Shown: one piece after another, positions 1-10,610 of the stretch
Numbering within the stretch: position 1 is the first letter of the stretch
Layout: the number at the start of each line of letters is the position of its first letter
Assembly: GCA_020536535.1 (NCBI GenBank)
Contig: JAHLWZ010000158.1
Span: forward strand, 1,206 to 65,205
Length of the DNA: 64,000 bases
Direction of reading: 5' to 3'
DNA from: Pelomyxa schiedti
Taxonomy: Eukaryota > Protista > Evosea
Translations under genes and position numbers: made by a program
Notes under the pieces: model-generated
The model's input: only the letters and a program-made list of their open reading frames with translations
Told to the model about the DNA's origin: nothing
Databases searched by the model: none

Positions 1-701
1 GCCCACTTGAACCGGCAGGCCAATAATTGATACCGGAAATACAAATTGAATCCTTGAAGTAAAACAGGGCATTGAATGCTCCAGGGATGTTCTTTGCTTT
101 CCCCATGGATTTCAGGGTAAGAGTGCAACTACTGCAAGAAAGCGAAGCTGATATGTGTGGCTCAATTTCTTCGCGATATTGATTTGGGTCAAACAATCAA
201 ATTGAATGGTGTTGCAATGTTCACTGGATACAACAAACCCAAGAAGGACTTTTTGACCCTGTGGGAGTTGGTCAAGCCAAAGTTTGTGACTGGGATCGTT
301 GACAACAGTTGTATGGAGTTGTCTTCAAAGTAAGTGTCTCTTTCTAGAAATCGGCATCACATTAAAACACTGCAACCAGATATTCTTCGCAGTCTACCTT
401 TCTGGACCACAGGTTGAATTCCATCTGGAAGCATAAAGCGGCGGAGTCTTTTTGGAAAACCAGTCACACATGTGGGCTATGGTGTACGCAACATTGTTCA
501 TGAATATGTACCGTGATTGCCCGAAGTTCCTTCTCCTGGAGGTGTGTGGATCCTTCCTTGGTTAAATGAGTTACCAACTCATTTCGCAGCTCATGGAGGC
601 ACACGAACCTAGTGGGATGGTGGTCACCGCAGTCGATGAGGGCTTGCACAGCTTTCTCAAAATTGGACTCACAATCCGTCCAGTGATGTCCAAGGAGATT
701 A

Positions 702-3389
702 CACCGGAATGCGTTTGCCACTGGAAAAATTTGAACGCGAATGGTGTTTTTTTTTAAACACAAATCGGAACCGCGTAGTGTTTTTGAATGAGAGAGTTAC
801 AGATTTTTTTAAAAAAACGAACGAAACGAAGCCACCCGACGGAATTAAATTTTGTATTTTTTTTCCTTCCTACTTTTCCCCTTAAACTTCGGAGGGGATA
901 GGCTCCGCTCCCTTGGGACAGTTTTTTGTAGGAGTGTTACAATCGTCATCACCTCAGAGAGTTCCACAATCTCATCTCCCCAGAAATGCGGAAAGAGACT
1001 TTGCTGGGATCTGAGCCGATCTGCTCCTGGTGCAAAGGGGGAAAAAAAAAAAAAAGAGGCAAAGTCACTTTACAACTGCGTTTTAACAAAAAAACAAATA
1101 ACCAACTGTGTTGCACTCTCCCGTGCCGGCTCCGTAGGTGACGAAACGACAACCACAGCCAACGCAACAGCTACCGCAACACCCAATTCTCTTGGCTGGG
1201 CTAGGCTCCGACTGTTATGACGATTGCGACTGCGACTACGAGTACAAACACAGGCGCAACCGCGATCGCAATCGCAAACGCAACCGCAATCACAACCGAA
1301 TAGCGGTCGCGAAGACCGCGACCACAACCTCGGCTACATCGACAATTCCCACCTCTTTAACTTTTTTTTTTACCAAAGCATTAATTGTCACTTGTGGGAT
1401 ACACGGCATTATCTCGTAAGTAAAGTACCCTCTTTTTACAGATAGTTTTTAGATTTTCCTGAACTGCCCCACCAACCTCTGTCGAGCCTCTGCCTTCTCC
1501 TAGTACACCGCACTCTCCTCACACCACAGTTCGTTGCACACAAGCCACACTACCGCCGTCCCTGTGCGCCGCGGTTAAACAAGAAACGCTTTTTTTCGCT
1601 CTCATTTTCGTTATCGGCGGTGTATTTTCTTCACCAAATCCCAAATCAATACATTTATTGGAAATCGCTGTGTGATCGAAATTATGTGAAATACCAGACA
1701 ATGTCTGGATCTCAACAGAGCTCAGTCTCTGTTTATATTGGTTTTTTTCATTTTTGCGGACATGAGTTTGTAGAGCTCTCCGAGGCGATGACGACTGGGA
1801 ACCTCCCCCTGGAAACTGTCCCCAGGGAGCGGAGCCTATCCGAAGTTTAAGGGGGGAAAAAAAAAAGTTTCAAAAATCGCGAGTTGGCACTTTTTAAAAA
1901 AATCTGTAACTCTCTCATTGGGGCTCCTTTTAAGCGTTGGTTTTTTTTGAAAAAAAATATGACAAAGCAAGGGGTACCATGAGCGAAGTGGGCTGTGGAA
2001 AAGCGTGCTGGACTGCACCGTTTTTGAATCTTGTTTTTTTTGTTTTTTGATTACGGCCAGCATTGTTGACGGGAAACCTGGTGCACACCAGGCATTGCTG
2101 CATAAGAGACTCTCCAGCAAGCCAAATACAGAAATTACAAGATGACTACGTTGTCCTGCGCCCCATATGTATAAAACCAACAAAACATGTACTTTATGTC
2201 TATTATAACACCAAGCCAGCTACTTCTACTTTCGCAGCCCTTACAACACCAAGGTTTGGTTTTTTTCACGACCACAACCATGACATCACTACATTGAAGG
2301 TTGTTTTTTTTACTGGTTTTTTTATAATTAATTATATCAAAGATTTCCTTCTGATGCAAGTCCGCCATCACATAAGTAGAGACCCCGTTTATGCTTCCCT
2401 CCGCTTTCTCCCTTACACAACATTCTTTACAAAAAAAAAAGTCTATTCGTTTTGACAAGTGTTGCTATTGACATTGTGTCTCAGTGAAAAGGGAGATAAT
2501 AGAAATGGCTTTATTTCATTTTGACCGGTAGTGGAAGTGGTGAGTTCTGTGTGTCGTTGTGACTTAAAAGTCGGTGTGTGCAAGGTGTAAGTCACACTCC
2601 CGCTCCAGGTGTGGCAACTCAGACAAAATCGGGAGAGGATGTTGGTCTTGTTGGAATTAATTTGAAAGAGGCAGTAAGCACACATACCTACGCAAAAGTA
2701 AGTGGCCTCTCTGTTCTACTATAGCACCAATATTTGGGTGAAAATAAAATAATACACTTCGTACACAATAGAGACCTACACCTATTTCATCAACAGCAAT
2801 ATTGTGAGTCCTTTTTCAACAATAAGATACTCATTGTGATATATATAAAAGAGAAACCCTTTTAGGGATCGGCAGTTGTGTCTTGCCACCATAATATTCG
2901 CTGGGCCTTTTTTGTTGGTTTAGGTTGGTTTAGAGGAACATTTTTGTTTGGTAGAGAACCTCAATTTGCTCCAAAGGTGTTCTTTGTTGTCCGGCTTATA
3001 TCAGGAACCTGGATAGTATTAGTACCTAACATAGGGAAAAAAAGGGAAGGTTTTCACAACCACCAGTAGAAGTTTCGAGCAACCGCATCCAATTAGTCAA
3101 ACAAAACAACAACGCGCACTTCGGGGATGTCGCGGTGGTCGGCCAACTTGGTGTCGTCAAAGTCCTCGTTGTTTTTGCTGTGTGCACCACAACTCCAGTT
3201 CAAGCAGCCCAACACGCTTTTCCACAGCCCACTTCGCTCATGGTACCCCTTGCTTTGTCATATTTTTTTTCAAAAAAAACCAACGCTTAAAAGGAGCCCC
3301 ATTCAAAAACACGACGCGGTTCCGATTTGTGTTTAAAAAAAAAACACCATTCGCGTTCAAATTTTTCTACGTTCATTCGCATTCCGGTG
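702..3389. mobile_element. Non-autonomous TIR DNA transposon with TA target-site duplication (Tc1/mariner-type ends); long imperfect TIRs, right TIR interrupted by a nested element
   Basis: TA(700-701)|CACCGGAATGCG... and ...CGCATTCCGGTG|TA(3390-3391). 702-~790 is the reverse complement of ~3301-3389, and ~787-975 is the reverse complement of ~1762-1919. No transposase ORF seen. Confidence 0.8.
1920..3300. mobile_element. Nested non-autonomous TIR element (MITE-like; GGGG termini and 3-bp TSD suggest PIF/Harbinger)
   Basis: TIRs 1920-2016 and 3204-3300 (97 bp, 2 mismatches) start GGGGCTCCTTTTAAGCG. ATT is duplicated at 1917-1919 and 3301-3303. The empty site TTTTG-AAT-GAGAGAG is preserved at ~782-796. 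Confidence 0.85.
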
Positions 3390-3569
3390 TACCATAATTC
3401 CGACCGTAGCGATTGACTGGATACACCTGCAAGCACACAGCAACAACCACGGCGGCGGCGATGGTGGAGCCGCGGCGCGTCGCCCCGGACGACAACGCCA
3501 GCCGCGGGCCCACAACAGCCACCGGTGAGGCTGATGATTGTGCAATCCCACAATGGCGTAGTTGCTCCG

Positions 3570-3605
3570 GGCGTGTGCGTGTGCGTGTGCGCGTGCGCGT
3601 GCGCC
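3570..3605. repeat. (GCGT/GTGC)n microsatellite
   Basis: gcgtgtgcgtgtgcgtgtgcgcgtgcgcgtgcgc. Confidence 0.8.
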
Positions 3606-4879
3606 GTAAACGTTAGTTATAACTTATGGGCGTATTATAACCTATGTTGCAAAAGCCATTGGAATGTATATCAACCCTTGGCCACGGTATTACAACTTTG
3701 ATTTATTGTTTTGTTGTTCTGATTTTCCTTTTCCCACCTTTCTTCTTACTTCTTTCATAAATAGCGGGACAGCAGTTGGATTCAAAAAATATGGATCAGA
3801 GGAAGAGCTGAGCTGGAATCCAGTCAAACATTTGACTGACACCTATCCTATACCCATTTTACTTTCATGACTTTTACTACATACATATAAACACCCAGGT
3901 TCACATAAAAGGTGGTTTTATTCTTAAATTATGCATTTCCTCAAAGTGGAAATCCATATCAAAGGAAACAAAGGTAACCACCCAAAAATGGGAAACATAA
4001 GTGAACCCCAGTCAAAGTCTGTCATGGCGGGGTCCCGCCATGACACTCTGAGCCATAAGCATCAGAGGGAGCAAGTCTATGTAAGCCAAGCTTCTACACT
4101 CACTCCTCAAACTAAATACTCCATTTCTCAGGTGAACCGGTTGTTCCGGCAAATGTACGTTGATTCCTCCGGAACCATCACCGCTGATGATTTGAAAGCC
4201 AGCCTGAACGCCTTCTCCATTATGAGTTTGATACCTACCCCTCAGTGAAGAGCAGATAAAAAGGGGATGTTAATGTACCGCAACAACAATTCGACTCAAC
4301 ACACTCACAAGTTCCCGAGTCCATGCATAACATAATCAATCCCCACACACATACATTTTTGTGATTGTAATGCCAAAGGGTATCTCTTCCATTTCAACAT
4401 ATATGATCCATTGTGTAGAAGAATCTTCAGATTGGACAAAAAAGCAAAAGAGTACACAACCAACATAACTCTAAAAAAAACCTCTCTGCTGTTACAATCG
4501 AAATCACAACAAGCCGAATTCGAATCCTTGCCGCCTGTTACTTGGGAAAATACCATCATCAACCTGTCAACCACTGGCAGCAGTGCCCTGCTTATCGCTC
4601 TTCCAAAAAAAAAAACACAAGCACGTAAAAACAGAAAAACGCAAAGATCTGCTGGGATCGGGAGTGTGCATCACTGACGGGGTGTCGGGTTTCCGGACGT
4701 CCAAGGTGCACATGGCATAAAACACACCCCCCGCTGTTGTGTCGGTTATCTCTGTGTAGTATAACCGACTGCGACCTGATGGGTCCCACCGCCACCCTCG
4801 GGGGTGGTCGGTTCGGACAGTGCAGGCGGCGAGTATGCCCCCTTGTGACGTCCGTGCAAATCATGCCCCGCCGCAACTG

Positions 4880-4979
4880 NNNNNNNNNNNNNNNNNNNNN
4901 NNNNNNNNNNNNNNNNNNNNNNNNNNNNNNNNNNNNNNNNNNNNNNNNNNNNNNNNNNNNNNNNNNNNNNNNNNNNNNN
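4880..4979. other. Assembly gap (100 N)
   Basis: Run of N. Confidence 1.
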
Positions 4980-5610
4980 AGCAACACTTGTCAAAACGAA
5001 TAGACTTTTTTTTTTTGTAAAGAATGTTGTGTAAGGGAGAAAGCGGAGGGAAGCATAAACGGGGTATCTACTTATGTGATGGCGGACTTGCATCAGAAGG
5101 AAATCTTTGATATAATTAATTATAAAAAAACCAGTAAAAAAAACAACCTTCAATGTAGTGATGGCATGGTTGTGGTCGTGAAAAAAACCAAACCTTGGTG
5201 TTGTAAGGGCTGCGAAAGCAGAAGTAGCCGGCTTGGTGTTATAATAGACATAAAGTACATGTTTTGTTGGTTTTATACATATGGGGCGCAGGACAACGTC
5301 GTCATCTTGAAGAGTCTCTTATGCAGCAATGCCTGGTGTGCACCAGGTTTCCCGTCAACAATGCTGGCCGTAATCAAAAAACAAAAAAAACAAGATTCAA
5401 AAACACAACCCCATTCCAGTTCAAGCAGCCCAACACGCTTTTCCACAGCCCACTTCGCTCATGGTACCCCTTGCTTTGTCATATATTTTTTCAAAAAAAA
5501 CCAACGCTTAAAAGGAGCCCCATTCAAAAACACGACGCGGTTCCGATTTGTGTTTAAAAATAAAACACCATTCGCGTTCAAATTTTTCTACGTTCAATCG
5601 CATTCCGGTG
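4980..5610. mobile_element. Second, partial copy of the composite element (inner-element interior + inner right TIR + outer right end)
   Basis: 4980-~5404 is the reverse complement of ~2020-2467. It is followed by the inner right TIR ending at 5521, then ATT, then the outer terminus ...CATTCCGGTG|TA(5611-5612) with a new flank. Confidence 0.8.
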
Positions 5611-5642
5611 TACATCAAACCCCAGTTTGTACAAAAGATTTG

Positions 5643-6905
5643 ATGAGCCTGGTAAAGATACCGTTGCGTATAACTAACGTATCCCAGCGGACTCATGGCC
5701 AACTTTTGGCGTTGGTGATGGCATCCCACACTCGGTGTGGTGCAGGGAGCCCCGCGCGCCACTTTGTGTCTCTCCCTCCGCTCGTGACCGCACCATTGTG
5801 GGACTGGTGCCTCCACGACACCGAAGTTGTCTTGTGTGTCGTTGCGTCACTTTCTCATCCCAAAGCATTGTGCTATTACACCTTTGGCGTCTCATGTTCC
5901 CTGTTGAGTGTCACGAGGGAAATAAACGTGCACAACTGCTGCTGGGCCTGGAAGGGTACCATCCCCTGGTTGCATCCCATGACTCCCAGCCTGGCCATTG
6001 CGTCTGATGCTACCCTCTGGAGCCGTGAATACTCGCTGTTCAACGTTGTGACTCAGCAGAAGCGGGATTTGCTGAAGTCAACTTCCCGAAGCATGGCTAA
6101 CATGTCGACTCAGAGTGGGAATGAAAAGTGGTGGATCCACTGTGATTCAATGAAAACACTGGAAATCGCTGACATGACTGCTGAGGGTGATAGTTCTGGC
6201 AGATTGATATCCTGTAGTGTTGTGACTGGGCTTGAGGCTAATTATGGAAGCGAGCATTTTACCGAGGTCGTGTGCAATAGAATCTCATTAAGCAGGAATA
6301 TTCCTGATGAAGCTATGCTTGCGATGTCTGAAGTTTCACAGAGGTTCGATTTCCTCGTTGTGATTGATGTCCAGCAGAGCTACATCACAAAAAAGCTTGC
6401 CGTGTTGAGCTTCACAAAGTTACCTCCAAGCCAAGGCCCCATCATTGGATCGTGTGTTTTCATGAAGAAGTCCACTGGCCACCGTGCTTTGTTTGTCACT
6501 GACAAGACCAGGTTACCTCAGGGAGGTGTGATTCTGTATGAAGTTGCAGAGGGTGTTGGCACCATGAAATCAATTTCCAGTGGGGTTGTGAGAATGTCAC
6601 AGCTGAGCTCCTTTCTGCTTGGAATCTTAAAGAGTGAGGGTCATCTTGAAGTGTGGGACTGCAACAGCACATCAGCTCCCCTGAGAGTGATTAACACAGA
6701 GGAAAGGCTGGGTGTATTACCCGAAGCAACATCTGCACTCCCATTTTTGGTGGGGCCAAATTTCATCATTCGGAAACTACCCACAAGCCGCAAGGATTGT
6801 CTCGAGGTGATGGCAGCAGCTTCCACTGACAGTACAATAGTCACTGTGGCCACAATCTCACTTACCTCAGAATTCACAACATTTACTGCCACCAGTTTGC
6901 TGTGA
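5643..6905 (+). CDS. Intronless lineage-expanded hypothetical protein (~420 aa) with N-terminal QLLALVMASHTRCGAGSPAR motif; beta-rich body
   Basis: C-terminal part of ORF 5076..6905 from ATG 5643. Colinear paralog of 10611-11855, sharing LWDWCLHDTEVV, N-x-KWW, EVAE and VEIWDCN. Confidence 0.75.
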   Translation: MSLVKIPLRITNVSQRTHGQLLALVMASHTRCGAGSPARHFVSLPPLVTAPLWDWCLHDTEVVLCVVASLSHPKALCYYTFGVSCSLLSVTREINVHNCCWAWKGTIPWLHPMTPSLAIASDATLWSREYSLFNVVTQQKRDLLKSTSRSMANMSTQSGNEKWWIHCDSMKTLEIADMTAEGDSSGRLISCSVVTGLEANYGSEHFTEVVCNRISLSRNIPDEAMLAMSEVSQRFDFLVVIDVQQSYITKKLAVLSFTKLPPSQGPIIGSCVFMKKSTGHRALFVTDKTRLPQGGVILYEVAEGVGTMKSISSGVVRMSQLSSFLLGILKSEGHLEVWDCNSTSAPLRVINTEERLGVLPEATSALPFLVGPNFIIRKLPTSRKDCLEVMAAASTDSTIVTVATISLTSEFTTFTATSLL

Positions 6906-6955
6906 GAAAAGAAAAAACTGGAAAAGAAACAGTTAGGAAATACCGAACAGCCAGC

Positions 6956-8831
6956 ATGGCATCATCGTCGACGTCGACATCGACATCGGCACCAGGGGTG
7001 GTGGCGTGGCGCACGTGCGTGAGGAGGCAGATAGGCACGCTGCTGTGTTGCGCCGCGTCGATCCCCCGCCTCACGGGAGGCGCCCCCGCGGCGCCCTCGC
7101 TGCCGCACCCCCCGCCCCGCTCGCCGTCGGCACCGCTGCCCCTGGTCCCGTCGTTGGCCAACGGGAGCAGCCCCGGCTCCTCGTTGCACCGCGAGGAGGA
7201 GCGAGAGCGGGAGGGGCAGGGGCAGGGGCGAGGGGTGGTGAGGGAGGGGCTGCCGATTGGGGTTGTGCGTGGGGTGCTGGAATGGGCTTACCCCGCGGTA
7301 TGACTCACTTGTAGTTATTGTTGCGTTGTGATGATGATTGTTTGTGTGTTGTTTATGGAGTCAGCTTGTTATTGCAATATCCAAAACAATTAATTAATTT
7401 GTTGAGGGGCAGCCACACAGGGTGGGATGGGCAGGGAGTGCTCCTGTTGGTTCTGTCACCACTCCTTCCAAGTGGAGTGAAGTTTTGTCGAGGGCACTGG
7501 GTGATGCTTCTTCCAAGCCAACTTTCGAGGAAGCTGTCATGGCAACCGGAATGAAGAACCCAATGAAGGTTGGTACTTATTGTTGTGGAAGTTTGTTTGA
7601 CAACAAGAACAGGTAATTGAGATGTGCCGGAATATTGTTGATGGAATTCCAGAGAGTGACAGGCATGATAGGGAGGCGTATTGTGCCGTTGCATTATACA
7701 CACTTGATTTGGGGAGAGGTGAGAGCAACCCAAATGCGCTTCTGAACAGGGCAATTTCCGAAGACAATGCCGACCTACTTGCGAAATGGCGCGGTGTAAT
7801 TTCTCTTCTCGTTACAGCATTGACTGAAATGCAACCGTGCTTGGTGTTAACCATGTACATTGTTGCCCGCATCAATGTCACGGAAGAGGACAAGGCGTTG
7901 TTTTGGACAACATTCTCGTCAGCAACAACTGGTTTGGGCTGTTTTTTCGGCGTTTATTGAGAAATACCTAGCTAACGACGAAACAGATGTTACATTTCTG
8001 AAATCCAACTCATTTGAAAACGACCCCAGGGAATCCATTCTCTCTCTTTCAGGTGTTGCCTTTGACTTGACGGAGTTCTCCTCTTCAGGGAAGAAAGGTT
8101 TTCTCTCTTTTTGTCTCTGGCAATAATTTTCACGCAGAACAACCTGACACTGCTGGTTGCTGCCGGCAAACGCAACAGAATTCTTGATTGTTCCCGGAAG
8201 GAAGTACTCCATCATCAGCAGGAGCACGTCATGCAACGCGCTTACACCCATTCTGAACCTGTTTGACACGCACTCCAATTCGCCCCTGACCAAGATCCTC
8301 AATTCCTCCGGAACCTTCAAACGGACCCGCAAAGAAGTAATCAGTATCAACACCACTGAAACTGGGTGGCTTGTATGTGAGCCGGCAACACCCAAATGGG
8401 ACCCCAGTGCACCCAACGAGGTGAACGTGGAATTCCGGCCCCCAATACACCCCTATTCCCTTGGATTCTACGTTGTCACATTCAAGCTTCCCTGTGACTA
8501 CCCGTTCAAGGCACCCATTGTCAAATTCAAAACTCCGATTCTACACCCCAACCTCAACAACCAATTCGGCCTTTGCTGCTGTGACTGCATGCTGCCGGTT
8601 CTAGGAAACCAGTGGATGCCAAACATCACCATCCAGTCAGTGATGAATTCCATATGCAGCTGGATGCAGACAGAAAGTTCATGGACTGAGAATGCATGTG
8701 GTGGGAGACCAGATATCAGGCAGTTGTACCTCAACAACAAGGCTGAGTTTATGAGACAGGCTGAGAACCATGTAAGACTTCATGCCATACACCCTCAACT
8801 GGAGACTTCGGCTCTGTACTTCAACACATAA
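6956..8831 (+). CDS. Multi-exon protein: degenerate ART (R-S-E class ADP-ribosyltransferase)-like domain + C-terminal E2 ubiquitin-conjugating (UBC) domain
   Basis: UBC: PYSLGFYVVTFKLPCDYPFKAPIVKFKTPILHPN..G.CCCD..W.P..TI. ART-like: AVALYT...LLNRAI...KWRGVISLLVTAL, FWTTFSSAT, KEFLIVPG. Putative exons ~6956-7297, 7421-7568, 7613-7930, 7988-8097, 8179-8831. Confidence 0.7.
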
Positions 8832-8961
8832 AAAAAACCACTGGTGCTTACCGTGCTCCAAAAAAAGTTTCCATTTGAAGGGGTTGTCTCCTTTTTTTCC
8901 TTCCACATGTGTGGTCTGTTGTTGACAAAAAGTGTACAAGGCGTTGGGGATTGTGGTGGAA

Positions 8962-10057
8962 TTATTTGGCACTTGTTTCTACTTGCTCTCCTGACGTAAT
9001 AGCTGTAGTCAACTGCACAAAGGCAGCCTGCACGTTGTCTCCTGTCAGGGCGGAGCACTCTCTGTGATGCTGAATGAGGTGTTGTTTGTATAATTAACAA
9101 CAGAGACACACATAAATGGAACATGCATTTCGCTGGCCAGTTGCCTTCCAGTGGAAGTTGGTATTTGGCGATGAGCTTCTTCGTCGCACTGTTTTTATTT
9201 TGAAATGAGGGTGAGAACCACAGTGACATGCGATATATTAATTACTACTTATGCTATTGTTAATTCAAACCATGTTGCCCACTAAGACCACAGAAGCTTC
9301 TGGCGAATTCTCTTTGAGCCTTGCATGCCACTTTCTGATATTGTCAAAAGAGCATTGGTTCCTGATGTCACTTGATGATGAAGTGAGTAAAATTGCAACA
9401 CTCTCACCATAGGACTATTTCATACTAAACGAGGAGTGCTCCACTCTTGCTCCTAAAATCTAGGAAGTATTTTAGGATGGGAAAGTGATGAATCAATGGC
9501 CATTATTATTACATGAAGCTGGAAGACACATGCGTCTTTGGTGGAGGGTGAAGGTGTTAGAGAGATTTCAATCAGGAATGATAATACGTTTCTCCGCCAT
9601 CCCACTATGATTGAGAAGTGATTAGTATTTAAATCGGAAATAAAAAAGACAAATCAGTAGGTAACTACAATTTGAATATGCACAGGATTGTTATCGTCAC
9701 CGAATGTATGCCTCACAAAATTCACGCCGAGAGTCGCATTATAAGTGCTTGAAAATGTATCTCCCTGAGAGGTAAATTATCACGGCCTCATTAATCAAGA
9801 TACGAAAAAAGGTCTCATCTCAGTACACACAGAAAGTCTTTCTGCCAGAGCCGCTTTCATGGGTAAGTAAAAAGACAACTCAATTTACAAAAGTACATTT
9901 GCCACAGCGCGGATCTCCCAACATTGCAACTTGCAACAGTGGTGGCGCTGTGCCAAAAGGTAAAAAAGAACGAGGCAAGAAAAAAGTAACTTGGAGCGTG
10001 AGTGGCAGTCGTTTCTGTGCTCGCTGTCTCTCCTCCCGATCCAATAGCACCCCCCAT
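8962..10057 (-). CDS. Atypical Rab/Ras-like small GTPase, multi-exon
   Basis: Spliced segments MGGAIGS..., VAMLGDPRCGK, FSSTYNATLGVNF, IQI|WDGGE, SYFRSKSGALL, FDNIRKWHARLKENSPEASVVLVGNM|CD, ECSALTGDNVQAAF...TSAK*. Confidence 0.8.
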
Positions 10058-10184
10058 TTTTGATTTGATGGCTGTTGCGCAGTTCCATTGAAAAGCTGTT
10101 TGGCTTTCTTTTCTTGGCTTCTTCCAAGAAAAATAACCCCCAGACCGTTGGTGGCTGTGATGGAACAAAGTTTAACTGACTAAG

Positions 10185-10305
10185 GCACAAGGGATAATGT
10201 GCAAGTCACCGTGAACTGGTGGGAGACACAAAGTGGCGTGCCAAGGTCCTCGCACCCATTGTTGGATGCCATCAACAGGGCGAGAGTCTGGTAACGTACA
10301 CGCGA
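10185..10305 (-). pseudogene. Frameshifted 5' relic of the MASHxRCGAxSPAR family
   Basis: Minus strand reads RYQTLALLMASNNGC, then ARHFVS in a shifted frame. Nucleotide matches gatggcatcc and cgccactttgtgtctc to the two intact paralogs. Confidence 0.65.
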
Positions 10306-10610
10306 AAACGTGCTGGTGTAGATAAACAGTTTTCGTAGCCCTTAATTTTTAAACTGTTCCCCGTCGACGATGCACAACACCAGTGAAAACAGCACTGCAA
10401 CTAGTAGTAGTTGCAACACACAGTGGGTGGAGAGTGGTCACGTGGACAAGATGGACGAAGGAAAATGAGATTTATTGTGACGAGGCTGAGGCTCGTGTGT
10501 ATCTCCGCAAACCTTGAAAAACTTCTATGTGGAGATTCTTGTGTTTTGGTTTGAGCATTTTGTGTTACCTTCATTTACATTAAAAAATAAAACGAAAGCA
10601 ACCACCTTGT

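Noticed and set aside
1138-1445. Arg/Asn/Gln hexamer-repeat ORFs inside the outer element
   Set aside because: Simple-repeat sequence open in several frames; no transposase or other domain motif.
2112-2140. GT...AG segment present in TE copy 1 but missing from copy 2, as precise intron loss
   Set aside because: The deletion boundaries in copy 2 (catcttgaagagtc) do not match a clean GT-AG excision.
5076-5642. N-terminal third of the 609-aa ORF, and similar ORFs at 1836-2458 and 3127-3553, as real proteins
   Set aside because: They translate transposon TIR and interior sequence with homopolymer runs; the paralog at 10611-11855 lacks this part.
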